In this document: one piece after another, positions 24,974-36,847 of the stretch | How the letters are laid out: the number at the start of each line of letters is the position of its first letter | Position numbering within the stretch: position 1 is the first letter of the stretch | DNA from: Heterodontus francisci | Lineage: Eukaryota | Direction of reading: 5' to 3' | Assembly (NCBI RefSeq): GCF_036365525.1 | Contig: NC_090396.1 | Coordinates: 71,383,111 to 71,447,110 of the forward strand | Length of the DNA: 64,000 nucleotides | The notes under the pieces: model-generated | Database searches by the model: none | What the model was told of the DNA's origin: nothing | What the model saw: the letters and a program-made list of their open reading frames with translations, nothing else | Translations under genes and position numbers: made by a program

Positions 24974-25635
24974 TATTCATTTATGAACTCTGCAACTTGC
25001 GCAGTTGAATTCAGTTTTAATGACACCATGTATGCCCAAATAGATGATGTTGTCTTGGGATTCCCCTCTAGGCCCAGCTCTTGCAAACATCTTTGTTAGG
25101 TTCCATGAGAAATGTGTCTTCGAGGAATGACCCCTAACCACCTACTTCTTGCATATTTCCGATATATGGATGATACGTTTGCTATATTTGAATCCCAAGC
25201 TGCATGCAATAATTTCCTTGCATATCTTAATGGGCTCCATCCTGCGCTCAAATTCACCTATGAAATGGAGCAGTCAAATGATCTCCTTTTCCTTGACATA
25301 CTAGTTGAGAAAACTGCTAAGGGGTTCTCTATCACGGTCTACCGCAAACCTACCTTCACTAGTCAGTATACGTGTTGGGATTCTTAAAGCCAATCTTATA
25401 GCATGTGGAACTGTATCGGCAACCTTGTAAATAGTGCCTGAGCCATTTGCTCACCATGCAAGTTTGATGCTGAAATAGGGCTAATCAAAGGCATCCTACA
25501 TGGCTACCCTGATTACATCATTTCTCACTGCATATCATACAAACTTATGAACGGGCCTAAGGCCATCATTTTCTGCCCTGAAAAGTGCCCAGTCTACCTC
25601 AAATTACCCTGGAAGGGTAGTGTATCCCAGAAAAA
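24974..25635 (+). mobile_element. Penelope-like RT fragment, inverted relative to 23795-24973
   Basis: FSFNDTMYAQIDD; YFRYMDDTFAIF; LKFTYEMEQSNDLLFLDILV; VYRKPTFT. Confidence 0.9.
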
Positions 25636-26568
25636 TGTTTTCCTTCTCCCTGATTTCCACCACCATCAGCTGTCTGATGCTGGTGTCCTGCTGATGGCAG
25701 TGTTTGGAACTTTCCAGGTCCTGAGGTAACTCCTTTTTTTTCCAGAAGTGGGGAGGAATCTCATTTGGTTCATATTTGCCAATGAGGGAGGAGTGTTTTT
25801 CAATCTGCCAGCTTCAGGCAGTTCAAAGTTGAAGACTACAGCCAAGGAAATTAGTCTGCAAGTAGAGAACAAGCAGGCTGGGACTTTGATGAGCAGATTC
25901 ATCCCACAGGGATGGTGCCTTAGACACTGAGATTTAGCCCATTCTGAGCCCTTTCCAGTTGATCTATGAATCACTTCCTAGCACAGGGTTAATTTAAAAA
26001 AAATATATAAGTATGGTTATCACTGGCAAGGCAAGCAGTTATTACCATCCTAAATTGCCCCTTGAGACGGTGGTGGTGGGCCTTCTGGAATTGCTGCTGT
26101 CTGTGTGGTAAAGGTCCTCCTACAGTGCTGTTAGATAGGGAGTGCGTGGATTTTGATCCAGGTTGAATGCATCCCTTCCCTTTTTTCTGCCGAAATATCA
26201 GCTAAGCATTTCTGCAGACAGTCCAGTCGGAAGCAATGTTCTATTTAGGATACACGGCCACGCAGCAACCTGAAAGTACCCATGCAGGGTCTGCACAAGT
26301 CAATCCCTAAAAGTTACTGCATATGCAAGGCCATGCAAAAATATTTAAAGGGACCAGGCACACTCCAAGAAAAATGAGAGGGAAGGTTGGTCGTAAGTGA
26401 CGTGCAGAGCAGAAGTATTTTTTGCTTAGCCCAATATCGGAACAGGGAGGAAGAGGAAATTGGAAGCATTTTACTCGCCTGTTACTGGAGGAGATAATGA
26501 TGACAACAACAACTTGCATTTATGTAGTGCCTTTAACATAGTAAAAATGTCCCAAGGTGCTTCATATG

Positions 26569-29500
26569 ACCTACGTGAAGACTGGAGTGGCGACAGGCAG
26601 ACCCGGGAGGAGGCGGACCCAGAGCGGGACCTGAATAAAGAGAAAGTGGGGCTTGAGGCCCTTACCTACCTGAAGACCACAGCGGCGACAGTCAGACCTG
26701 GCAGGAGGCGGATCCGGAGCGGGACCTGTATAAGGCGAGAGCGGGGCCCTTACTTACCTGAAGCACTACGCAGAGCAGCGGCAGTCGGCAGGCTGAGGTT
26801 CAAAAGAGGGAAAAAAAGACTTACAGTGACATCATGGGAAATCTGTAAGCTGTTTGGTTGAGTAAGTAACAGTTGTTAGTGCCTGTAAATAGTTTGAAAA
26901 AAATCAAAGGAGCGAAGGTTCTTTTTTTTAAAAAAACCTCAAAACCTACCTTATAAGCGTTGAGGTTAATACTACTAAAGTGTTTTTTTTTATTAATGTA
27001 ATTTATTAATTACTAGAAATGATTACAATTTTCTTTTAAATAGTAAGTAGTGGCTTTTAGGGAATCTGGGTCCCTTGTGTAAATAATCTCAACTTTTTGA
27101 ATAATTTAAGGGAGTAAGTTGAGGGTAAGTCATGGCAGGGCAGCTCAGCAACCTGGAGTGCTCCTCCTGTGCAACGTGGGAAGTCAGGGACACTTTCAGT
27201 GTCCAGGGCGAACACGTGTGCAGGAAGTGTCTCCAGCAGCAGTCTAAATCCACATTTCGGATCTGAAGTGGCGGCTGGGGACACTGTGGAGCATCCTCGA
27301 AGCTATCATCGTGAATAGCACGTGCAGGGAGTTGGTCACACCACAAGTAAAGACTGCTCAAGCAGAAAGGGAATGGATGACCGCCAGGCAGAGTACAAGA
27401 AGTAGGCAGGTAGTGCAGGAGTTCCCTGGGTCCATCTCCCTCTCTAACAGATATTCTGCTTTAAATACTGTTGGGGAGATGGCTCTTGCTGCATTCGCCT
27501 GAGAAGCTAAGTCTGGCACCACAGGTGGCTCAGCTGCACAGGAGGGAAGGAAAAAGAGTGGGAGAGCTATAGTGATAGGAGATTCTGTTGTAAGGGGTAC
27601 AGATAGGCGTTTTTGTGGCCGCAAATGTGACTCCAGGATGGTATGTTGCCTCCCTGGTGCTCGGGTCAAGGATGTCACGGAGCGGCTGCAGGACGTTCTG
27701 AAGTGGGAGGATGAACAGGCAGAGGTTGTGGTGCCAATGACATAGGTAGAAAGAGGGATGAGGTCCTGCAACAAGAATTTAGGGAGCTAGGTAGCAGATT
27801 AAAAAGCAGGACCTCAAAGGTTGTAATCTCTGGATTACTCCCAATGCCATGTGCTAGTGAGCATAGGAATAGGAGGATACAGCAGGTGAATGCGTGGCTG
27901 AAGACATGGTGCAGGAGGGAGGGCTTTAGTTTCCTGGATCACTGGATCTGTTTCTGGTGAAGGTGGGACCTGTACAAGCTGATGGGTTGCACCTGAACCA
28001 GAATGGGAGGTTTGCTAACTCTGTTTGGGGGGCGGGGGGTGGTTAAACTAATTTGGCAAGGGGATGGGATAGAGTGGAGGTACAGTAGGGGGTGATGCAC
28101 AGCCAAATATAGAAGAGATATTAAGTCAGTCTGGAAGGCAGAGCAAATATAGACCTGTTAAGGCACAAGTGAATAATGCAAGGCTGGATTGCATCTATTT
28201 TAGCGCAAGAAGTCTTACACGTAAGGCAGAGGAATTGAAGGCATTGATTAACACATGGGAATATGATATTATTGCAATCACAGAGACATGGTTGAGGGAA
28301 GGGCGGGACTGGCAGCTCAATATTCCGGGATTTGTATCTTCAGGCGTGATGGGGGCAGGTGTGCAGTGTGTAAAAGAGGAGGTGGCATTGCACTGTTGAT
28401 CAAGGAGTCAATTACTGCAGTGAGGAGGGATGATATCTTAGAAGGTTCCTCAAATTAGGCCATATGGGTAAAAAGGGGGCAATCACTTGGCTGTGAGTGT
28501 AGTACAGGCCTCCAAATAGTCAGGGAGAGATAGAGGAGCAGATATGTAGGAAAATCTCAGAGGTGTAAAAATAATAGGGGATTTCAACTTCTCCAATATT
28601 AAGTGGGATAGTCTTAGTGCAAAAGGCTTAAAGGGGGCTGAATTCTTAAAGTGCATGCAGGAGAGCTTTTTGAACCAGCACGTAGAAAGTCCTACAAGAG
28701 AAGGGGCATTATTGGACCTAATCTTAAGGAATGAAGCCGGACAAGTGGTGGAAGTGTGGGGAACTTTTCGGGGATAGTGACCATAACTCTGATTTAAGGT
28801 AGTTGTTAAAAAGGGCAAAGATGTACTGGAAATAATGGTACTGTATTAGGGGAAGGCCGATTTCAATGTGATAAAACAGGATCTGGCCAAAGTGGACTGG
28901 GAGCAGTTACTTGTAGGAAAGTCTACATCGGACCAGCAGGAGTCATTCAAAAAGGAAATAGAGTTCAGGGCCAACATGTTCTTGTAAAGGTGAAGGGTAG
29001 GACCAACAAGTCCAGAGAACCCTGGATGTCAAAGGATATAGAGGATTGGATAAGGGAAAAAAAGGAGGCTTATGGCAGATTCAGAAGGCTTAAAAATAGC
29101 GGAGGCCCTAGAGAAGTATAGAAAGTGTAGGGGGGTACTTAAAAAAAAAAAGTAATTAGGAGAGCGAAGAGGGGGCATGAAAAACACTGGTGGGCAAGAT
29201 AAAGGAAAATCCCAAGCCATTTTATAAATATATTAAGGGCAAGAGGATAACCAGGGAAAGAGTAGGGCCCATTAGGGAACAAAGTGGCAATTTGTCTGTA
29301 CAGCCGGAGGACATGGGTGAGGTTTTACTCATTTCTTTTCATCTGTGTTCGCTATGGAGAAGGACGATGTAGGTGTAGAGATCAGGGAGGGGGATTGTGA
29401 CATACTCGAACAAATTAGCATTGAAAGGAAGGAGGTACTAACGTTTTACCGGGCTTCAAAGTGGATAAATCCCCAAGCCCAGATGAGATGTGTCCCAGAC

Positions 29501-31328
29501 TGTTATTTTTTTTTAGAGATACATCACTGAAACAGGCCCTTCGGTCCACCGAGTCTGTGCCGACCAACAACCACCCATTTATACTAACCCTACAGTAATC
29601 CCATATTCCCTATCACCTCCCTACACTAGGGGCAATTTTATAACGGCCAATTTACCTATCACCTGCAAGTCTTTGGATGTGGGAGGAAACCGGAGCACCC
29701 GGCAAAAACCCACGCAGACACAGGGAGAACTTGCAAACTCCGCACAGGCAGTACCCAGAATCGAACCCGGGTCCCTGGAGCTGTGAGGCTGCGGTGCTAC
29801 CCACTGCGTCACTGTGCCGTTACGTGAGGCAAGGGAGGAGATATCAGGGGCTCTGATACAAATTTTCAAATCCTCCTCTGGCCACAGGAGAGGTGCCAGA
29901 GGACTGGAGGACAGTGAATGTGGTACCATTATTCAAGAAGGGTAGCAGGGATAAAGCAGGTAATTACAGGCCAGTGAGTCTAACATCAGTGGTAGGGAAA
30001 CTATGGAAAAACTTTTGAGGGACAGGATTAATCTCCACTTGGAGAGACAGGGATTACTCAAGGATAGTCAGCATGGCTTTGTCAGGGAGAGAGCATGCCT
30101 AACAAACTTGATTGAATTTTTTGAGGAGGTGACTAGATGTGTAGATGAGGATAAAGCAGTTGATGTAGTCTACATGGACTTCATTAAGGCATTTGATAAG
30201 GTCCCACGTGGGAGATTGGTTAAGAAGGTAAGAGCCCATGGAATACAGGGCAATTTGACAAATTGGATCCAAAATTGGCTTGGTGGTAGGAGGCAAAGGG
30301 TGATGGTCAAGGGTTGTATTTGTGATTGAAAGCCTGTGACCAGTGGTGTACCGCAGGGATCAGTGCTGGGGACTTTTGCTGTTCGTGGTGTACGTTAATG
30401 ATTTAGACGTGAATATAGAAGGTATGATCAGTAAGTTTGCAGATGACATGAAAATTGGTGGTGTCGTAAATAGTGAGGAGGAAAGCCTTAGATTACAGGA
30501 TGATATAGATGGACAGAGCAGTGGCAAATGGAATTTAATCCTGAGAAGTGTGAGGTGATGCATTTTGGGAGGACTAACACGGCAAGGGAATATACAATGG
30601 ATGGTAGGACCCTTTGAAGTACAGAGGGACCTTGGTGTACTTGTCCATAGATCACTGAAGGCAGCAGCACAGGTAGATAAGGTAGTTAGGAAGGCATATG
30701 GAATACTTGCCTTTATTAGCCAAGGCATAGAATATAAGAGCAGGGAGGTTATGATGGAGCTGTATTAAACGCTAGTTAGGCCACAGCTGAGTACTGTGTA
30801 CAGTTCTGGTCGACACACCATAGGAAGGATGTGATTGCACTGGAGAGGGTGCAGAGGAGAATCACCAGGATGTTGCCTGGGCTGGAGCATTTCAGCTATG
30901 AAGAGAGACTGGATAGGCTAGGGTTGTTTTCCTTATAGCAGAGAAGGCTGAGGGGGGGACCCCATTGAGGTATACAAAATTATGAGGGGCGTAGATAGGG
31001 TAAATAGGAAGAAACTTTTTCCCTTAACGGAGGTGTCAATAACCAGGGGATATAGATTTGAATTAAGGGGCAGGAGGTTTAGAGGGGATTTGAGGAAAAT
31101 GTTTTTCACCCAGAGAGTGGTTGGAATCTGTAACACACTGCCTGAAGGGGTGGTAGAGGCAGAAACCCTCAACATTTAAGAAGTGTTTAGATGAGCACTT
31201 GAAATGTCTTTGCATACAAGGCTATGGGCCAACTGCTGGAAAATGGGATTAGAATAGATAGGTGCTTGATGGCCAGCACAGACATGATGGGCCGAAGGGC
31301 CTGTTTCTGTACTGTATAACTCTATGAA
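26569..31328 (+). mobile_element. Near full-length decayed CR1 (HER1-like) LINE: 5' UTR, ORF1 (Zn finger + SGNH esterase), ORF2 (APE + RT), 3' tail
   Basis: ORF1 ATG 27132 MAGQLSNLECSSC...CRKC and IVIGDSVVRG...CLPGARVKDV; ORF2 CIYFSARSL...DIIAITETWL, QHGF, FADD; tail gtataactctatga; splits an L2-like 3' end (26505-26565 and 31330-31560). Confidence 0.92.
29506..29818 (-). mobile_element. Full-length V-SINE inserted in CR1 ORF2
   Basis: Interrupts cccagactgtta|tgtgaggcaagg (compare 37210); TSD GTTA at 29502-29505 and 29819-29822. Confidence 0.9.
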
Positions 31329-33720
31329 TGTTAGAATACAACATATGACACCCCAAGACCCATAAAGAGATATTAGGACTGATGACCAGAAGGTTGGTCA
31401 AAGAGGTAGGTTTTAAGGAATGACTTGAAAGAAAGATGGAGAGCTTCAGGTCTAAGCAGCTGAAGTTACGGCTGCTAGTGGTGGGGCAATAAAAATTGGG
31501 GATGTGCAAGAGGCCAAAATTGGAGAAGAGTTATAGGGCTGGAGGAGGTTAGAGACCTGGGAACGGGCTGCATATCATGCTCTTAGTTACAGGATGAGCG
31601 GAACAGAATGTATTTTCTGAGTTTTGAAGTACTGGGGTGGGGGGGGGGAGCGCTTTCTATTTCAGGTGCTTGGTGTTAGTATCTGGTGCCCAGGGGAGTT
31701 ACAGCACAATCCACTAGATGCCAAGCTCACTCCACATTGCCTCAACTATATGCCTTAGCCCCTATTGCACCATTTCTCTCACTAGCCATCCTGATTAAGA
31801 CAAGGGTGTTTTGTGCTGTGACCACCCACGCCCCATGTCCAGAATGAACTGGATTGAGACTCCTAAACTCTTTTTTTTTTTGCAGTGGATCCTTGCTGCT
31901 AGCAATTAGAGGTTTCCATCCCATAATTCTGTGCTGTGCCTGAACTGGGTCCCAGACGTGAAAACGTTATTGCATGTAAGGTGGAAACTTGCAGGTTAAG
32001 TGTACAGTCACTGATATTTGGGTGTCATTGTGGTCTGCAGCTATAACCTGACACAACAGAATAAACATTAAGCTTTTTGATTTTAAGAACTCCTGTAATG
32101 TCTGATTTGTGCAATGTGTGTTTGTCTTACTGTGTAAATGCTGGCTTTTGAAAATGAAAGGAAGTGTCAAGCACTTTGGGAGCATATTTGTGAAGTTGGT
32201 TTGACCTCTAGTTATTTATAGGAGCTTACTGTAAATAATTCTGTCTGTCTGAAAGCACAAATGGCATGCAGTAATCTCTGTTTAGCTGTCTCACTGCTCC
32301 ACTTCAGCACAGAGCAGCAAGTGGAATTGAGCTGGATCAGTGGGCAGAAGGTTTTCTCAGCTTGGGTCCCAACATTGATGGGGAAGGTTCAACTCCTTTT
32401 CCTCTCTCACAGAATGGGTGACGCTGGCAAGGCTGCATTTATTGCCCATCCCTGGCTCCCTTGAGGACATTTGGTCTCAACCATGTGTTGTGGGACTGGA
32501 GTTACATGGAGGCCAGAACAGATAGAGGAGGTAGATTCCCCTCCCTGAATGACATTCGTGAACCAGTTTAGTTTTTAACTGGTGCCAGCCTCCGAATCAC
32601 CAGCTGGAATGAATTAAGTTCCCCAAGTGGGTATTGCACTCAGAACCACTGGGTTCCTAGTCAATTACTATAAACATTTAGGCTACTGAATGCATGGTTA
32701 GGTTGAAGTAGACCCATTTGCAAAATAAAAAGGGGAGGGCTGTTTCATTGCATTGGTTGAAGCCTGTAAAAGAACTACAGCAGCCTAAATGTGTTACTAC
32801 TGATGGAGTTTCCCTTAAAAAATATTAAACCATCTCTTGCACGCTGTCAGATCCAGACTGATGTGTGCACAATTGAAATATTTTCTGTTTCTATTTTATT
32901 CAGCCATTTTTTTTGAATAATTTTTCCAGATAGAATTAAGTTGATGGGGAGAGGGTAATTGTTTCAACAGAAACAAAGGTGTTTAAATCCCAGGCAAGGC
33001 AAATGCACCCAAATGTTTTTATATACGAATGGCAGCTCAGGGTAAAAGCTTTACATTCAAAGTCCACGTAAGAGTAACACCAACGACAGATAGTGGAATT
33101 CACCTAAAAAGGAAATGCAAGCTTCTGTTAAACTGAACTACTTCCTGTTTTTTCTGTAACTGTCTACAGCAGAAATTGGCAGTCGAGATAAAGACGCAAA
33201 AGGCTTTTGCGGCTCATTGCATCACATCCTATCAAAAACGTGTTGAAATTTGAAAAACAGACGCATTATTGAAAGCACTTGTTGAGTGGGTGCAGCAAAC
33301 TGGTGACAATAAGCAGAAGTCACTAAATTTGTGTTTTGCCAGGAAAACTAGGGAATTTGGGGAACTGTTCTAAATCTGATTGCTCACACCTCCAATCCTT
33401 TTGTTGTCTCTCCGAACCCTCTTCTCGTGGAATCCGAGTCATGCTGAGGTACAGTTTCATGGATTCTGGCAGTCCTTTCAAAACTCATCCAAGAGTCTTT
33501 CACTGATCTGTATTGGTTTCTGGTCCAACAACGCCACAAACTCGTGTTCAAATCCCTCCATGACCTTGCCCCTCCGTAGCTCTGTAACCTCCAACAATCC
33601 TTTTGAGATATCTGCCTTCCTCCAATTCTGACATCTTGCACATTCCTGATTTTCTTCGCCCCTTTGATCATCTGTTCTAATATTTCTAAGTAGCTTGGTG
33701 TCAAATTTTGTTTTGAATTT

Positions 33721-34476
33721 TGTTACAACCAGGTGCAAAATGTGTCTAGGGGTCTGTTACTACCTTCACCTGGTCTTATTGTAACGGTTTAATTTTAAAC
33801 ACTGTGTTTTGAGCTCCCCCTTTGTGAATCCTTGTTCACAACTTTCCAATTATAAGGCAAAGAAATGAGCACAAACAGGCTTTATTTGGTTTAAAGAAGA
33901 AAGATGAAATTTATTAAAACTTAAACTCTAATATGGTTAACACTTACGGATATACAACGCGCCCATGCTAGCATGCACACGAGGGACAGAAAAGAGCAGA
34001 AGAAAAGATAAGGAGAACCGTTTGAGGCAATATCATATTACGGTTTCTCGAGCTCGCCGTAGTCCTTGATTTGAAGATATGGTTTTGCTTTTCGTTGGGG
34101 CCCAGTAGTCATCTTAAAACCTTGTTCACGTAGGAAACTTTTGTCTCTGAGTTTCACGTGTTTTCGCAAGATTCAGTTCCGTGGGAAGGAGATGGAAGCA
34201 GACAGGAGAGAGGTCTTCTTGCTTCAGTTCCTTGAGAGATCTTTACTTCATGAGCACATGGCTTTGTCTCAGTTCAAAACTGCAACAGTTAGTCATGTGA
34301 CTAAAACTAGTCTGACCACTTCTGTGTATTGGGGAAGCAACTACTGGATCCCCATTGTTTCAACATTGTCTGCTACTATGTAAATGTCCTTCCAGTCAGG
34401 GCTTGCAATTTTAAGTTTTTGTTTGTGGTGAAATAATGTGTGCCTCAGTCTTGGCAGGTGAGGGGTTTGCCTGACA
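33721..34476. mobile_element. Solo LTR-like element inserted in an L2-like 3' end
   Basis: TGTTACA...CCTGACA termini; host tail resumes at 34477; homologous in reverse to 62155-62850; TSD unclear. Confidence 0.7.
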
Positions 34477-34874
34477 ATAATGCTCCTATGAAGTACATTG
34501 GGACACTTTATTATGTTAAAAGCACTATATAAATGCAAGTTGTAGTTGTTGAGTGTTTGACTAATAGCAGAATTGCAGCTCTGCCTGCTCCTATCCTTGC
34601 TCAACATCCAAATTTGGACACTTTACAGGAGAAGGTCACTAGACAGTGATTTGAAAGAGTTTCACCCCAAGGCCCAGCAGCCCAAGGGTGCTGAAGCCAA
34701 TTGTAGAGCCCTGGCTGTGATCAGCTAATGGAGCACCGATCATAGATCTGAACAAGGTCCAGATTTCACCTGAATTTTTCAAGTGGAGCTTCCTGTGTGC
34801 AAATTGGCAGCTATATTTCATAGAATATATGATACAGAAATAGGCCATTCAGCCCAGCCAGTCCATGCTAGTGT

Positions 34875-36373
34875 TTATCACAGAATCGTTACAGTGCAGA
34901 AGGAGGCCATTCAGCCCATCGTGTCCGCACCAGCTCTCCGAAAGAGCAGTTCACTCAGTTTCATTTCCCCGCCTTCTTCCCGTAACCCTGCACATTCTTC
35001 CTTTTCATGTAACAGTCTAATTCCCTTTAGAATGCTTCAGTTGAAACTGCCTCCACCACACTCTCAGGCTGTGCATTCCAGACCTTAACCACTCTTTGCG
35101 TGAAAATGTTTTTCCTCATTTCTCTTTTGCTTCTCTTACCAATTACTTTAAATCTGTGCCCTCTACTTTCGCGAGTGGGAACAGTTTCTCTCTATCGACT
35201 CTGTCCAGACCCCTCATGATTTTGAATACCTCTATCAAATCACTTCTCAGCCTTCTCTTCAAGGAAAACAGTCCTGACTTCTACAATCTATCTTCATAAC
35301 TGAAGTTCCTCATCCCTGGAACCATTCTTGAGAATCTTTTCTGTATTCTCGTCAATACCTTCATGTCTTTCCTAAGGTGCGGCACCCAGAACTGGATGCA
35401 GTACTCCAGCTGAGGCCGAACTAGTGTCTCATGCGAGTTCAACATAACTTCCTTGTTCTTGTACTCTATGCCCCTATTAATAAAGCCCAGGATACTGTAT
35501 GCTTTATTAACCGCTCTCTCAACCTGTCCTGCCACCTTCAGTAACGTGCAAATGTGCACCCAGGCCTCTCTGCTCCTGCACACACTTTAGAATTATACCC
35601 TTTATTTTATATTGTTTCTCCATGTTCTTCCTACCAAAATGTATCACTTCATATTTCTCTGCATTGAACTTCATCTACCACCTGTCTGCCCATTCCACCA
35701 ACTTGTCTGTGTCCTTTTGAAGTTCTACACTATCCTCCTGACAGTTCACAATGCTTCCAAGTTTCGTATCATCTGCAAACTTTGAAATTGTGCCCTGTAT
35801 ACCAAGGTCTAGGTCATTAATATATATCAGGAAAAGCAAGGTTCCCAATACTGATCCCTGGGTAACTCCACTACATACCTTCCTCCAGCCCAAAAAACAT
35901 CCATTAACCACTACTCTTTGTTTCCTGTCACTCGGCCAATTTCGTATCCATGTTGCTACCATCCCTTTTATTGCTCACAAGTCTGTTGTGTGGCACTGTA
36001 TCAACTGCCTTTTGAAAGTCCATGTACACCATATCAACAGCATTGCCCTCATTAACCCTGTCAATTGCCTCCTCAAAAAACTCCAAGTTAGTTGAGCATG
36101 ATTTTCCTTTAAGAAATGCATGCTGGCTTTCTTTAATTAACTTGCATTTGTCCATGTGACTATTAATTTTGTCTTGAATTATTTTTTTTTAGACGTTTCC
36201 CCACCACCAAAGTTAAACTGACTAGCCTATAGTTGCTGGGCTTATCTTTAAACCCTTTTTTTGAACAAGGGTTTAAACGTTTGCAATTCTCCGGTACTCT
36301 GGCACCACCCCCGAGTCTAAGGAAGACTGAAAAATTATGGCCAGTGCCTCTGCGATTTCCACCCTCACTTCCC
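34875..36373 (-). mobile_element. CR1 LINE, RT through 3' end
   Basis: ESQHAFLKGKSCSTNL; SVLGTLLFLIYINDLD...SKFADDTKLG; [13 protein letters not shown]. Confidence 0.9.
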
Positions 36374-36374
36374 T

Positions 36375-36735
36375 TGGAACGGGTTGTAGAGGCAGGAACC
36401 CTCACAACATTTAAAAAGTATTTAGATGAGCCCTTGAAATGCCATAGCATACAATGCTACAGGCCAAGTGCTGGAAAATGAGATTAGAAGAGATAAGTGC
36501 TTGATGGCCGGCACAGACACGATGGGCCGAATAGCCTGTTTCTGTGCTGTATAACTCTATGACTCTTTGACAAAAGAAGTATCCTAAATTCCCTATTGGA
36601 TTTCTTGGTGACTTTCTTATATTGATGGCCTCTGGTTATGCTGTTCCCTACAAGTGGAAACATTCTCTCTGTATCCACTCTATCAAAAACTTTCATAATT
36701 TTAAAGATCTCCATTAGGTCACCCCTCAGCCTGCT
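36375..36735. mobile_element. Two short CR1 fragments (+ 3' tail 36375-36566; - fragment 36580-36735)
   Basis: VVEAGTLTTFKKYLDE with tail ctctatgactc; EIFKIMKVFDRVDTERMFPLVG. Confidence 0.75.
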
Positions 36736-36847
36736 GTATCAAGAAACTTGCATTAAACAGTGAGTACACTTCAAAATTACTTTGTTGTCTGTAAAGTGCT
36801 TTGGGACATCCTGACGTTGTTGAAAAATGCTAAGTAAATGCAAGTTA

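Noticed and set aside
26569-26800. Repeat-spacer-like pattern as a CRISPR array
   Set aside because: Whole units are homologous, with no unique spacers; eukaryotic LINE 5' UTR; no cas genes.
26563-31349. catatgac on both sides of the long CR1 as a TSD
   Set aside because: The right copy lies ~13 nt beyond the tail within resumed L2-like host sequence; likely coincidence.
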